Positions 26,772 through 40,100 of a DNA stretch of 59,080 nt are shown one piece after another (position 1 is the stretch's first letter; each line of letters starts with the position of its first letter). The translations under genes were made by a program, and so were the position numbers. This DNA is from Tricharina praecox. Taxonomy: Eukaryota. Under the pieces are notes generated by a model, which was given only the letters and a program-made list of their open reading frames with translations, did not search any database and was not told the origin of the DNA. The DNA lies in assembly GCF_024521635.1 (NCBI RefSeq), contig NW_026250443.1, positions 124,001 through 183,080 of the forward strand, in the 5' to 3' direction.

Positions 26772-27530
26772 ATGAACGGCCTCTCGATCGGCATGGCCGT
26801 AGTGGGGCTCGCGCAAGCGGCGGCCCAGATCGTACGCCTCCTGTCTGGGGTAGCCGATGCGCCCTCGATTTCACGTGACGTGATCGCGGAGGTGGGGTCC
26901 ATGGAAGTCATCCTGCGTCTGCTTGAGACGTTCGTGCTCGGTTCCGCCGCCCACAACGAAGATCGCACATCCCTCGTTCGTGTCGATGACCTCGTTACCA
27001 TCCTGACCAGCTGTGTCTGTGCCTTCTCCGAGCTCCACTTTATCCTAGACGGCTGCGACACCAGCGACCCGGATGCGACTCGAGTGACTCTCTGGGATCG
27101 AGCCCGATGGGCGGCGAAGTAACCAGAACTCGTTCGGGTGTTGAGGAATCTACAAAGCCACAAGATTTCGGTGAGTTCGTTTCTGGCAATGTTAGTTCAC
27201 TCCGTCAGTCATGTTTTCTGCCAACATGTCCATCACTGATCTTGGAGTGTAGGGTAACTGCGGTCGAAGGGCGGAACGAGAGGCAGGAACTCAGGGACCT
27301 CATCACGATTTTGCGACGCGACGTGGATCTCGATCAGCGGATGGTGTCTTTCGCGTCTACTGGTGTTGGACGCAGTGCATCCTCGGTCCTTACAGTCCCG
27401 GCGGTAGCCGGCGTGGCTGGGACACCTTCCGCGGTGGTCGAAGCCGGCGCCTCCTCCTCCTCCATAACCACGATATCACCCATTCTCGGGGTCACTCCGG
27501 CACCCGTGATTGCGCGGTTGCGCACAGGGG
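26772..27530 (+). pseudogene. HeLo-like (fungal STAND N-terminal-type) domain gene, 5' half, with premature stop
   Basis: MNGLSIGMAVVGLAQAAAQIVRLL..DAP..LVTILTSCVCAFSEL..WDRARWAAK*PELVRVLRNLQSHKIS, with an in-frame TAA at 27120-27122. Confidence 0.75.
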
Positions 27531-28192
27531 CCCTCTACTAGAGAAATTGAGTGCCAGCAGGTGGATGGGGTACCCCCTGGCGCGAATGATGCGAACTATC
27601 GCACGACCGAAGAAGTAAGCGAAGATCGCGGTTTATTTCTGGACGACGTAAACAGGACGCGTGGCCGGCATGGATCGTTGTCGTGGCTGGCAGGATGGGG
27701 CGGGTAGTGCACTGTTGATGGGATTGGTGGTGGCGGTGGTTGTCGCTTTCCTTCGGTACGGTAATTCACCATGCCCCGCCGGCGGATGCCGGTGTTGCCA
27801 CCTCGCCCGATGAAGTGGCGGGGAATTTTGTGGTTTGCGTTGGTCGTCGCAATATTGAGGGTATGTCCAATCAGGATCGGTGATGTAGCTTCACCGTTGG
27901 GTCGTTGCTTTGCGGGATAGAGTAGCTTGCATCTTCTGGTGAGCGCGGGGGGTGGGTTACAGAGTCGGGAGGCAGTGGCGGGGATGGGTCCGACCCATTT
28001 AATGATTTTCGCGTGAAGGTTAGCAAGAGGGTCTAGGTCGATGGTGGAGGTGAAGGGGTGGAGAGAGAACGTGCGTGCGGTTAGGCGAAGTATTGCAGGT
28101 GAATTGCCGTGGGTGATGATGGTGGTGGGTCGTTCTCTCGTTATACGAATTGGGGTGTTATCATTTCGTTATGTTAGTAAAAGTTATCTGAT

Positions 28193-28400
28193 AGCTCCGT
28201 GGCCGAGTTGGTGAGGAGACTTTGTTCTCGCGCTGATCTAGCTAATCAGTCGTGGGTTCAAATCCCGTTTGCCGCTCGGCGAGTTGGTGGGAGTGCCACC
28301 CTTGAGGAAGGGAGGATGCTCCTGGAGAAGAGGTCGGGTGAGGAGGGGCTTCCCCTCCTCTGGAGCTTTCGGTTATTTTTTTGTTTTTGTTTTTCTTTTT
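28193..28400 (+). mobile_element. tRNA-derived SINE-like element / pseudo-tRNA
   Basis: A box TGGCCGAGTTGGT (28200-28212), B box GGTTCAAATCC (28255-28265) and a broken acceptor stem. A perfect 9-bp hairpin GAGGAGGGG-CTT-CCCCTCCTC (28340-28360) precedes a T-rich tail. Confidence 0.55.
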
Positions 28401-30078
28401 AATCTACGTTTGATTCGTCTTCCACGGCGCTCACCATACTGTACTCACTTTCTACCCTCCTCACCCAGCGTCCACATATCTTTTTCTCCGCACCCGAGGA
28501 CACCGAATCACATCTCAAGATTCAAACAATCAAAACGTTTCAGTCATGACCAGTAACTCGAGTGGGATCACGTGCGTACGTACTTGTTCTTTGAATCACA
28601 TTCCCCTGAGTGATGCGGTAGGTAGGTTCCAAAGTCGCAACGCCCGTATCACAATGTCCGCCGCTAGATACGTCATGGTAGGGAGGTTTCTACATACCAA
28701 CTTGCATAATTGCTCTACGGAATCCACGGGAATGCGTTTGATGTCACTCGTTGCCAATCATTCCGCATCGGTTCAGATTGGGTCAAATTGGTACGGTACT
28801 ACAAGTTGTCAAACGCCGGACATATAGGGACCCGGTTGTTGAGAGTGCTGCGGCTGTCGGTAATGCGCTTCTCGTACCCAGTGGAACAGCGATCACCTCG
28901 AGACACTACCACGCCTCCCCTCCGGAAAGCTCTTGAAAAGTGCTAGCTCTCGGAGAAGGCAGCAGTCGAGCCCGGTAATATATGGCAGTCGGGCCGCAGC
29001 TTAGAGAAATTGAGATTCATCGCCGAGGTGAGCTGCGTTATACGGGGGTGATACTGAGTGGAGGTAATATTTCACGCTACCGGCACGGATACTGTGAGAA
29101 TGAAAGTAGTATTCACCACCTACTGACGGCAAGTCCACCGTTGCCATGCATTGGTCCCATGAATGGCGACGCGTTGCTGCATGCGGCGCCGACTGACTGG
29201 TGACATCGGATTACTCTGTTGCACAGCTGTTCGGTGCTGAGTAGCCACACCTGCGGATTTCGCTGGTCTTCGTCTCCATTGCCTTTCTTCCTCCGTACAT
29301 GGTTCGAGACGTTACATCCGCTGTATCGTAGCCTGCCAGTATAGCTCGACTTGTGATTTCCGCTTCTCATCTGTTTTGGACACTGGCTTTCTTCGGGAGG
29401 CTTGCGGTTCACCTATAATAGAACCGCTGCTGATGCCTGGCGAAGAGTATTGCCCAGTTGGGGGGCGGCACGAACGCATCGCATCGGATCTCGGTGAAGG
29501 CTGCACACTCTCGCCCAAGGGGCACGCATCTCCCCATAATGTCATAGTTTCCGCTTCATATCTACCGGTATCACGGATGCGAACCGGGAGGCGTTACGGC
29601 GTTTGAGGCGGTCGAAGATGGGCAATTAGCCAAACATATTCAAGATGCAACAGAGAGCTTTGCAATACACAGCTAGTTCGTTGTCCCACACCACAAAAGA
29701 TTGACCAACGCGACGAAAGGAGAAAGAAAAAGAGAAATTAAAAGGTGAAGTAAAAGATAGAGGAAGAGACAGATTAATAAAGTGAAAATGAGAGCGAAAA
29801 TTGCGAGAGGACGGTAGGTGACAGCGAGATAAGGAGTTTGGTGGGGTAGGGATGGGTTAGGTTTTGAATATCATGAACATTAAGCCGCATGCGGGAAAAC
29901 CGTGTCAACTCCACCATCAACCTCGGTGTTTTGTTCGCGCAATATCTCCATCACCACCATCATCACCAATGCTGCAGCCTTCCTACACATGCATAGAATT
30001 TGCTAAGGGTTACAGTGATGTGGGGGCATTTGTGAGTGCCCCACCAAAATTAGCTTTTTCTAAATTCATCTGCCCCTG

Positions 30079-31200
30079 GTGCAGCCAGCTCTTCAATCCT
30101 GACGACATCGTCCCGGACATCAATGGCTACACTCCTGTTGGAATTCGAGCGAACTCTGGTTAAGACCCGGGTATACAGAAATGCAACTAGCAATTTAACG
30201 ACAGAATCTTTTCGCAGCACCAGGTCAGGGGGCTCCGCTTGGTCGCAGCTGAGTGGGATGAGCTTGTCGCAGATCTCGAATCTATCCGTAATAGGTCTGC
30301 CTGTGTACATCGTCGAACTCACCAACGAACATGTCTATCAGGAGGCGCAAACGCGGATAGCTGGCGCGAATGCATCTAATTTTCCAAGGCCGATACCGTT
30401 CGTACGGGAGGGTCGTATTTGGGTTAGAGCTTTTCGGCATTGACACGGCGGACACGATTACTTATTGCACCGCCATGCAAACAAAGGTGATACAGTTGCT
30501 GTCAAAGTCCTTATACACCATTGCGGTTTCGACAAGGAGCTCAGAGACGAGGACGGTATGACTGCACTGCATCGTGCTGCCCAAAGAGACGGTTTGACAC
30601 CGTACGGTATCTACTCTAATGCGGCGCGGACGTCAATCTCAAGTCCTACAATGATTCTTGTCTACTACATCTGGCTGCAATCAGAGGCAATAGCGATGTC
30701 ATACGGCATCTGCTCGACTGCGGCGCGGATATTGAGGCTAAGGACGACGTGGGGACAATGCGCTTCACAAAGCTTTATGGAATAAAGAAATGGTTACTGT
30801 GGGGCATCTGCTAGATCGCGGCGCGTATGCCAACTCCAGGAACCGTAAAACTACGCCGCTACACTACGCTGCATCGAGTGGCAATATCCATCTTGCAAGA
30901 CATCTGCTCGACTATGGCGCGGATATTGGAGCCCAGGACGCCATTGGTAATACTGCGCTCCACGGGGCTGTACGATATGAGCAGGTGGATATTATAAGGC
31001 ATCTCTTCGATTTGGTGCGGATACTGAAGCCCAAGTTCACGAACGTTGCACGCTGCTACATTTCGCGGCGTTCAATCGGTTCCGACCACCGATGAAACTA
31101 CTCATTGATCGTGGCGCCAATGTCGGGGCTATAGCAACCGATGGCACGACGCCGCTGCAGCTATGGCCGGACTGGCCTGAACCAACAACTTCCGGGTAAC
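30079..31200 (+). pseudogene. Probable 3' half of the HeLo-like gene: conserved linker plus frameshifted ankyrin repeats
   Basis: FERTLVKTRVYR..SFRS..AWSQLSGMSLSQISNLSVIGLP, a block I recall following HeLo-like domains in fungi. Then ankyrins (GMTALHRAA, TTPLHYAASSGNIHLARHLLDYGAD, GNTALHGAV) across several frames. Confidence 0.7.
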
Positions 31201-31599
31201 CAGCGCTTGTTGATGGAGAAGGCAGAATGTAGTGGTAGTCTGGCTGATCGTGCTGGGTTCATGGTGCTTTTTGTATTTTCGGATCAATGTTGTGTTCAGA
31301 TGATGGTGTGACTTCCAGGTGGCGGCTGTGGGGCTTTAAGGGTGTGATGGGGCACTGAGAAGGACTGTTTGGGCGTGGGAATACATTGTTGTCCGGTTTC
31401 ATTTTTTTCATACCAAATGTCATCATTAAAAACATCTTCCTTTCTCTCGGAGAGTTTTAGCGGGAATCTCATCCGAAACTGACGGCGGGCACCGGTGGAC
31501 GTGCAGCCTAATTTCCGTCGTCGTTTTGCGCCTTGGTAGTATTGGCCATGTGCCACACCTACTGCAGTTGGAAAAAGAGACGCGGGCCGCAAAGATAGC

Positions 31600-33832
31600 G
31601 ACAGGAGCCTGGAACCCCAATTCGCTATGGCTTCGACAGCATGCCAACGTCTTCCCATCGAGGCTGTGTTCTGCATGAAATCTCCAATCCGATAGTGAAC
31701 CACGATATATCGTCTCTTTTCCGACATGAGTTTCAAAGCATTCGGAATCACCGACACCTACCCAGGGATTGGTTTGACGAGGAAACCCTAGAACGTCTCG
31801 TTCAGAAATCGGATGGCCTGTTCATCCACGCTACAACCGTATGCCGTTTCGTCGATCATAAAGGCAGTCATCCGTCCGACCGCCTCAAATCGGTCTTGCA
31901 AGACAGCATTGAAGTCGGTTCACTAACGCTACACCTCGACGCGATATACACGCAGGTATTACGAAGCGCTTGTCTAGTTGAAGATCAGGTACTTCTGCGG
32001 GGAGAAAGGCACTTACACCTATTCACGCGGACTATTAGAACGATCGTGATTCTATTTGGCGCCGTGAACGTGCGTGCATTAGGAAACCTATCACATACTC
32101 GGCCTGGAGAGGTGCAGGTGATATTGGAATGTCTGAGTTCCGTGGTAAGTTATTCCGACAGCCGGGATGTTCTCATCAGGCTCTTGCACCCGTCTTTCCG
32201 CGACTTTCTATTGCAGTCCGAGATGCGTTGATCCTTGCACACTACAACGTCACCTACCCCAGGACGTCCGGTATGCGTGCCGGTATTGGGTCGATCATCT
32301 TCGGCGACGTAAAGTGCTTCGTGAATCTGACAGCGAATCAAAATCACTGCACAACCGCGTCCACACATTTTTCAAGGAAAACCTGCTCCGCTGGCTTCAG
32401 GCTTTCAGCCTCACTGAGAGTTTGTCCGAAGGTGTCCTGATGGTCACGACCTTGGATTCTATGCTTCCAGTGAGCAATCCAGCACAACCTGATACTTGCC
32501 GGCTTCTCTCCCGTATATCCGAGTATCTTGCTCACACTTGAACCTGCTGACCTTGAACGAAGTCTTATGCAAATCGTCACCTACGCGCAATGGCCCATGA
32601 TGCGGTGCGATTTCTACTCAGCTTCACATCTATCATCGAGATTGCACCACTCCGAGTATATTACTCGGTATTGATGTTCAGTCCAACTAGAAGCGCAGTC
32701 AGAGAACAATTTCTGGGCTGTGCTCCCGGTTGGATCAGTCAATTACCGCAGGTTCCACGGGAATGGGACGTCACTCTGCAGGTGCTGGTGGGACATTGGG
32801 ATGCGGTCTTCAGTCTGGCATTCTCGCCTGATGACAAGTTGCTCGCGTCGGATTCTCAAGATGGAACCGTCCGGCTTTGGGATGTGACCACGGGGACCTG
32901 TCGCACTACTCTCAAGGGCTGTTCGGGCAGGGTCAATGGACTGGCATTCTCGCCAGATAACAGGCTTCTTCCGTCGGCGTCGTACGACGACACCGTCCGG
33001 CTCTGGGATGTGACCACGGGGACCTGTCGCACTACTTTCAATGGACACTTGGCCAGGGTCAATAGACTGGCATTCTCGCCAGATGACACGCTTCTCGCGT
33101 CGGCATCCCACGATCAAACCGTCCGGCTCTGGGATGTGACGTCGGGGACCTATCGCACCACTTACGGGGGAGGTTCGGGCTGGGACAATGGACTAACATT
33201 CTCGCCAGATTCTCGCGTGGGCATTAGACAACAAAACCCTCCGGCTGTGGGATCTGACGACGGAGTCCTGTCACGGTAGTCTACAGGGCCACTCGGACGC
33301 GATCAATGCACTGGCATTCTCACCAGATGGCAGGCTTCTCGCGTCGACATCGGACGATCGAACCGTCTGACTCTGGGATGTGATGATGGGGACCTGGCAC
33401 GCGACTCTACGGGGCCACTCGTCCGCGGTCAATGAAGTGGCATTCTCACCAGATGCAAAGCTAGTCGCGTCGGCATCGTACGATGTCCGTCTCTGGGATG
33501 TAGCGACGAGGAGCTATCGCGCTACTGTCGAGCGCCATTCAGACACCGTCGTGGAAGTGGAATTTTCGCCTGGGTGCAAGCGAAGTGTATCAATATGTAG
33601 CAACCAACGCGCCCTGTTCACTGACGGCGTCAGGAGGACCGCGTTGCGGGTAACGTGTGGAAACGAAATATTCAATTCACAATCATTGTATGAATTGCAG
33701 GACTGGATTTATTTGGGGATTCTGAGGTTATTTCAGCTTCACCCTGATTATCGCGCTTTTTACACGGTCCAGGTCGGTACCATAGCTCTCGCGCACGATT
33801 CGGGAGAGTTTATTTTATTGGATTTGATCTAG
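31600..33832 (+). pseudogene. 5'-truncated NACHT-WD40 (HET-E/NWD-like) NLR pseudogene
   Basis: LVQKSDGLFIHATTVCRF, LLHPSFRDFL, YACRYWVDHL and [14 protein letters not shown], followed by ~6-7 42-aa WD repeats (GH...[21 protein letters not shown]). No P-loop; frameshifts at ~32230 and ~33210, and an in-frame TGA at ~33368. Confidence 0.85.
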
Positions 33833-34031
33833 AGGAGTGGTGGAGCGGCGGGTGTGTGGTGGAGGGGGGGCGGGGGGGCGGGGGGGTTGACAGCCGTTCG
33901 TTTGTAACTTTCCATATTCAGTCGCGAGGGATCTTGGGGATTTCGATTCTGTTGTAATGTAGTGGCGATGAGCTTGGCTTTCGTAATTTTCCATGATGCG
34001 TGTTGGCTGTCGCACATTGTCTCGCGCGCAG

Positions 34032-34342
34032 CAGTGTTCTACATAGACCAGACCGGTCGTCCGACCGGACGGGTCGGTCGGGATATATCTCGACCCGACC
34101 ATGGCTTTGGCCGGTCGGGATATAACCCGACCTATCCCGACCTATGCCTGGTCGGTCGGGATATATCCTGACCCGACCTGAAAATTTATGCTCGCGATAT
34201 AACCCGACCGACCAGACCAAGTTTTTTTTTTTGGTCAGGATATATCCCGACCGACCAAAAGAGAATTTTGTTTAATCGAGATACATCCCGACCGACCCGA
34301 CCATACCCAAATTTGGTCGGGACTGGTCTATGTAGAACACTG
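34032..34342. mobile_element. hAT-type MITE, family A, 311 bp, recent insertion
   Basis: Perfect 20-bp TIR CAGTGTTCTACATAGACCAG and perfect 8-bp TSD GCGCGCAG (34024-34031, 34343-34350). Confidence 0.93.
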
Positions 34343-35165
34343 GCGCGCAGCCGTTGATCGCGTGCATATTTTCTTCGCAGACTCAATATCCTCCCTTGGA
34401 CTCCGTAAGCTACGGGTTCAGAGGACACGAAGCCCACGCAATCACAATTGGAACTACGCATGAATGAAAAATGAACGACAGTATCATGTAGCAATTCCGT
34501 AGCCGCGAACTAGACGTGATCGCGTCAGGGAGTCGCGACGCAACAGATGGAGGTCACGTACTATAGAGTAGCCGCGCGTGCGGATGACAACCACCGAGTA
34601 CGCACATTTCGGATGGTCATTCGCGTACTCGTGTGTGCTGTGGCACGAAGTCACGTCGAGTACAGCTTCGTCGGCTGGCCAAGAGTTGGGTACCGTGTTA
34701 GCTCGATAGCCAAGTCACGCGGCAGCTGTACGTTGAGCCTCAATGAGCCTCATTGAACGCTGACGTTGGTGTTTATCGGCGCCTCGAGTATCGCTGATTA
34801 GATTGCGGCTGAGAATTAACTGTTATCTATACCTAGTATTTTCATATGACGTCACTGTCAAAAACTCGATCACTGGCGACACGGGGATTTGTGTAGGAGA
34901 TGGAATGGGGAACGACGTCAATTGGAATTGTAGAATATGGGTACGGGTGTGTGGACAAGAAGGAAATAAGCTGGGAGCTGGAGCGGGTAGACAGGTAGGT
35001 ATGCACTCAGTGATCCTTTCCAATCATTTAGCCGTGGGACGGTAATTCTGCAACTCCATCTGTTGCCACACTTTTGGAGAGTTTTTCCCCCTCATATCAG
35101 CCTCTGTGATAATGTGAGAGCAATAGTTTTGGTGCTGCGCAGCCAGTGGGAGTTGTCATGCAGTG

Positions 35166-35725
35166 CAGGGCTGTCAACCGTCCGTCCCGTCTATCCTTGA
35201 GGTTGCACGACCCGGGACGGATTTGGTGGGGCTGAAGAGACCAACGACTACAGTCTTTCGGGCTGGAGAAATGAGGACGGATACCCTACAGGGCCCGGAA
35301 TTGACTGGGACACTAGGACAATGCAAGCGGCGTGGCGCCACACAGTAGCGCATGTGTGCGGATGTGTGGCTGTGCAGCTCCATTTCGCAGTGTCTCTCAC
35401 GGTATAGAACTTTCACACCATCCCCGTTCCTACTTCCAGCAGTGTCTATCCCCTGAGCTCAATTGTTTGACGACGCTGAAAATTCTGCTCAAGGCTGCAA
35501 ATTTTGTTGGTAGCCACCGCGCTATGTACTACTCCGCGAACCAGTAGTCAGCATAGCACGCTAGTGCTATCAGGTACCTATAGGTACCTGGCGGGTATCC
35601 GGGGAATTTGATCCTCCGGATGAAAGGGATCAGTCCTCTGGAAAGCCTGCCCGGGACGGGACGGGATAGGACGAGATTACAGTCCAACAGTGGACTGTAG
35701 TCTGGTCGGACGGTTGACAGCCTTG
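35166..35725. mobile_element. hAT-type MITE, family B, 560 bp
   Basis: TIRs CAGGGCTGTCAACCGTCCG / CAAGGCTGTCAACCGTCCG and perfect 8-bp TSD ATGCAGTG (35158-35165, 35726-35733). Confidence 0.9.
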
Positions 35726-35728
35726 ATG

Positions 35729-36307
35729 CAGTGTTCTATGTCGTCCGGTCCATCTGTCCTGGGCCTCGGACATGACGGCCCAAGTTAATCCAGTGGACGG
35801 AAAAGACGGACGGCCGCCCGACGCCAAGGCTTGTGCAAAGACCTGATTTCGGGCGTTGACCTTCGGTGTCCGAGTCAGAATACTGCTACTTTTCGTGCCA
35901 ACAGCGTCGGCATGACTGGGCAGTTGGTGCGCTGTACTATCTACTGTAAGTCATCCCATAAGTCGCGTTGAGCGTGTCCACATCAAAAGACTAGTTAGTG
36001 GGGAGTGAGAAAGGTAACATGTGTCGGTATAGTAAGTCATGACCAGAAATTGCCAAAGGTCGTTGATCCCCATACAAAATATGTCATGATATCGCACTCG
36101 CTTATCTGCGACCGGCTAGTGTATGCCCCTATTGGGACGAGTGATCAGAATATTACCAGCTGATATGGACGGTCGTCCTCCACCGTTGGACGCGGACCAA
36201 CTCGTCCGTCCCAGGCTACGACCTGACGGAGAAACTTTGCAACCGTCTGTCCCAGGCTCGTAACGTCCGGCGTTTCGGCCGTCCGGACCGGACGATGGAG
36301 GACACTG
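35729..36307. mobile_element. Older hAT-type MITE, family C, whose left TIR was the target of family B
   Basis: TIRs CAGTGTTCTATGTCGTCCGGTCC / CAGTGTCCTCCATCGTCCGGTCC (19/23) and degenerate TSD TTGTCATG (35153-35160) / GTGTCGTG (36308-36315). Confidence 0.72.
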
Positions 36308-37175
36308 GTGTCGTGTCGCTGTTTTGACGGTATTTCAAAATAACACTCCACAGGGTCTCGTGACTTGGCCACAGCCGAGCCACAGTACGTTTCACTTCCA
36401 CGGAAACCTTGTTGGCTTAAAAGACGTATAGTGACGGCACCATGTGAGGGTGTTATCTATGACGGTTGTATATCACAACCGATCACTCGAAGCATTGCTT
36501 ATTGTTGTTGTTGGAGATGCGATAGGACAGACTATGAGATCAGAAGCTTATCGGGGAGAGAAAATTGCGGTATGATAAATAAATATGACAAGTGAAAACC
36601 TAAACGACCGCTGAGACTAGTGCGTACCAAGCTCACTCAGTCTCCACGATATCACAGCATATCACTCCGTCGCCCACGTCCTTCCAAAATAGATAAACGG
36701 TATGGGGCAAGGGCTATCGGCTGCCGTAGACTGCCGAAGGTATGAATGGTCTCATGCACCCCTTCTACAAATCAATAGTATGGCCAACTGAGCGATATCT
36801 GACAACAGTCGAGTTTTGGTCCCTTGAAACAGAGACTGTCAGATAGCCCCCGCCACGCAGAAACTTCTTAATGGGAAAGGCGTAAGGTACATTAGGAGAC
36901 AATCTAACCACCATCGGGTGTTGGCAACTGGAAATGAGTAGGAAACTAAGTTAGACGTTGATTATTCTAAGTATAATGTACATGATCGCATAACTGTGCG
37001 CTTCGAAATGCCAGTGTCGCCTGCTTTCACCGTCCTGGGGTGTTCGAAGAGAGGCTGTCGTCCAGTCTGTCTGCCTTCCAATACTTTCAGCCGCGCTCCT
37101 GTCAACGATTGCAAAGCAACCAGGTCACCACCATCTTCCCTCACCTCACAGCTAAAACCGGTGGCACTGTGGCAT

Positions 37176-40100
37176 CTACCCGTTGGCATCAGCTCCGACA
37201 TTTGCTCCCCGGACGGCTCCTCGGTCGCCGAGTAGTCTGGCAATCGCCTCATGCCCTCCCTCCAACGCCAACTGCAGCGCTGTCGCTCCTGAATTATCCG
37301 AGGTGGAGACATCTGCTCCGCAGTCAATAAGCAGCCGTACAATCGCCGCGTGACCTCCCACGGAGGCTAAGTGGAGTGGCGTCTTCCCAAAAATGGTTGC
37401 AACCGAGACATTTGCTCCCCGGTCCACGATTAACCGGGCTATCGCCTCGTGCCCTCTCTCCGATGCGAGGTGCAGCGGGGTCACCCGCAAGAGATCCGCG
37501 GCTGAGATGTTCGCTCCTCGGTCAATGAGCATCCCCGCAACTGCTCCGTGATCTCCTATCAAGGCTAGGTGCAGCGGCGTCTGCTTGAGATGGTATGTGA
37601 TGCAGATATCGGCTCCCCGGTCGATCATCAGCTGTGCCAACGCCGCACGCCCTCCCTCCAGGGCCCACTGCAGCGGCGTCAACCCATACAGGGTGGCGGC
37701 GGAGACATTGGATCCCCGGTCAATCATCAGCCGGACCAACTCGTCGTGGCCTCCTTCCATTGCCAAGTGCAGCGGCATCATCCCAAGGGTCAGTGGGGTA
37801 GCAGTCGAAAGGTCGGCTCCCTGCTCAATGATCAAACCAGCCACCGTTACGTATCCTTTTTGTAAGGCCATGTGCAGCGGTGTCGTCCCTACGATATCTG
37901 GGATTGTGACATCTGCCCCGCGATCAATCAGAAGCTGGGCTACTGCCTCATACCCTCCTGCTATGGCCAATTGCAGTGGTGTCCTCCCAGTCGTATCGGT
38001 GACGGCCGAGAAATCAGATTCCCGGTCGATGATTAGCCGCGCTACTGCTTCTAACCCTCTCTCTAAGGCTATGTGTAGTGGCGTCTTGTTGAACACATCT
38101 TTGGCTGAGACATCTGCTCCGCGGTCGATGAGCAGTTGGGCGACTGCCTCGTGCCTTCCCTCGAGAGCCAAGTGTAGCGACGTCTGCAGAGCACCATTGA
38201 CGGCTAAGACATCTGCACCAACATCGAGCAGCAGCCGGGCAATGTCGAGATCGCTAAATGTGCTCGGGTAGAGAAGCAACAGGCCCTTGGCGTTTCTCTT
38301 TCGGTAGCCGGATTTAAAGAAGTTTGGAATCACTCTTTGTACCCGAAACCAAGCACTGAAGGGTCCTAGCCAGGGCTGGTGTACAGTCATGGATTCGAAT
38401 GCGGTCGTAAACTTCCGTCTGAATCCAAAGATGCAGACCAACGACAGGAGGTCGTTGTCGGCATACGATTGAGCCTGGGTTCTATGCCAAAATGTGTCTT
38501 GTACGGAAACGGGAAATTCCACACACCCGCGATGATAGTGGATCCACCGCTGGTAGTTTGCCCCTGATACGAGCGTTTCCCAGAGTCCAGTCAACATTTG
38601 GCAGTCGTCTTCGCAACGAGAGTAATGGTATGGCCAAAACACCGCGGAGTACAGCAACAGGTGACGATTGCCATACCCCTCTTCTTGCGTTTTCAGGTCA
38701 AGATCATAATCGTTCCACATCGATGGCGCTGCACACAGCAATGAAAGGGACACTTTCGCCAGCTCCGCGTGAGAATCGGCCTTGGGCAGTTGGCTCTCCA
38801 GGTATTCGTATACGGAAACGTGTGCAAACCGGAAAACGTTCAGACGTTCGTCCAAGATGACCAGGTTCTGGCACGCTTTGAGGATATCGTTTGCCTGAAC
38901 CATGTAGTGGCTGAACGTGTCCCCAGTACCACCGGACCCGAGCTCAACTGTGATCGCATCGAGCAGTGTTTCGCGGCACAGTGGCTCGTATGAAGATCGG
39001 ATCCACCGGAATGCGTTGAGAGCTAGTCGAGGAGCACTCCCGGGCTGGTTGATGATACGTTCATAGATCTTTTGGTAGGCGTTTGTCAGGGTTTTCGGAA
39101 ACGCCTTCAGGCTGTGTCTAACGTCCGATTGCGTGGCCATCTCGCAGAGAAAGGCGGCATGCAGAGCGGCGAGTTGGAACCTGTAATCCGCATTTAAGTT
39201 AGTGTGCGTATCGGTTGTGGGATGGGCACCGGTGAACTTACATTCCCCTAGATCGCTCGCAGAGTGTTTCGCATATTTCAACTTTCAGTTCTCTCGGGAC
39301 AACCCCATGAAGCAGTCGCCCCTCGTCGATGGCAGTATCGATAGTCGTCTCTATGAACCGGTTGGTGTCGCTGACATTGTCCTCTGGCTGCAACTCTATC
39401 CTGGGAAACATCTTGAATTGCCAGAGGATGTCAGTATCCATTCGAGCGGTCGCGAAGATCTTCACGGCCGTCTTCGATTTTTCCATGATATACTTCAACG
39501 AAAGTAGGATTTGTATCCGGACAGTATCGTCAATTTCGTCCAACGCGTCTATACACACGATGGTTGTCTGGGGAAATTCATCCGTGAGCTGAACGAGGAC
39601 GTCCTGACTTTCTGTCAGACTCAGCCACGACGATCGCTGCCCTTTTTTTTCCCGCTCTTTGTAGATGTCGATAATTGGTGTGAGAAGTTTGTCGTCCTCC
39701 GCCGTCTGGGCAAGCTGTTGAACAAGCGTATTGAGTATGCTCTCGGGATCTCGGCGATTTTCCTCAGCTCGGTTGCAGTAGAAGTACGCCACTCGCTTGG
39801 AGGAGCTGTCCGAAAGAAAAGAATCGATAACTCTTGATGCAATGTACGTTTTCCCGGCACCGGCTAAACGAACAGCTAATAGACATGACATCGTTTCGGT
39901 AAAGGATAAAGCCCAAGACTTACGGATTCCCCGCAACAGCAATAACCTCGAAACTGTCGAAGATATCCACGTGCTGTACTCCTCCGTCTTCAGAATCCAC
40001 TCCCCAGTCCCTTCCAGACGGCCATCACTTATGCGTCTGTGGTGGCTTGTATATGGAATGATAGACAGCCATTCGAGGATTTCGGTTCTCTTTGACTCTG

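Noticed and set aside
28193..28276. Functional tRNA gene
   Set aside because: The acceptor and anticodon stems do not pair convincingly; treated as SINE-like.
36711..36849. GGGCTATC...GATAGCCC Harbinger-like MITE
   Set aside because: Only 8 bp of inverted match and no clear TSD.
37569..38271. Plus-strand ORFs over the ankyrin region, and similar antisense ORFs over other genes
   Set aside because: Shadow ORFs of GC-rich coding sequence on the opposite strand.
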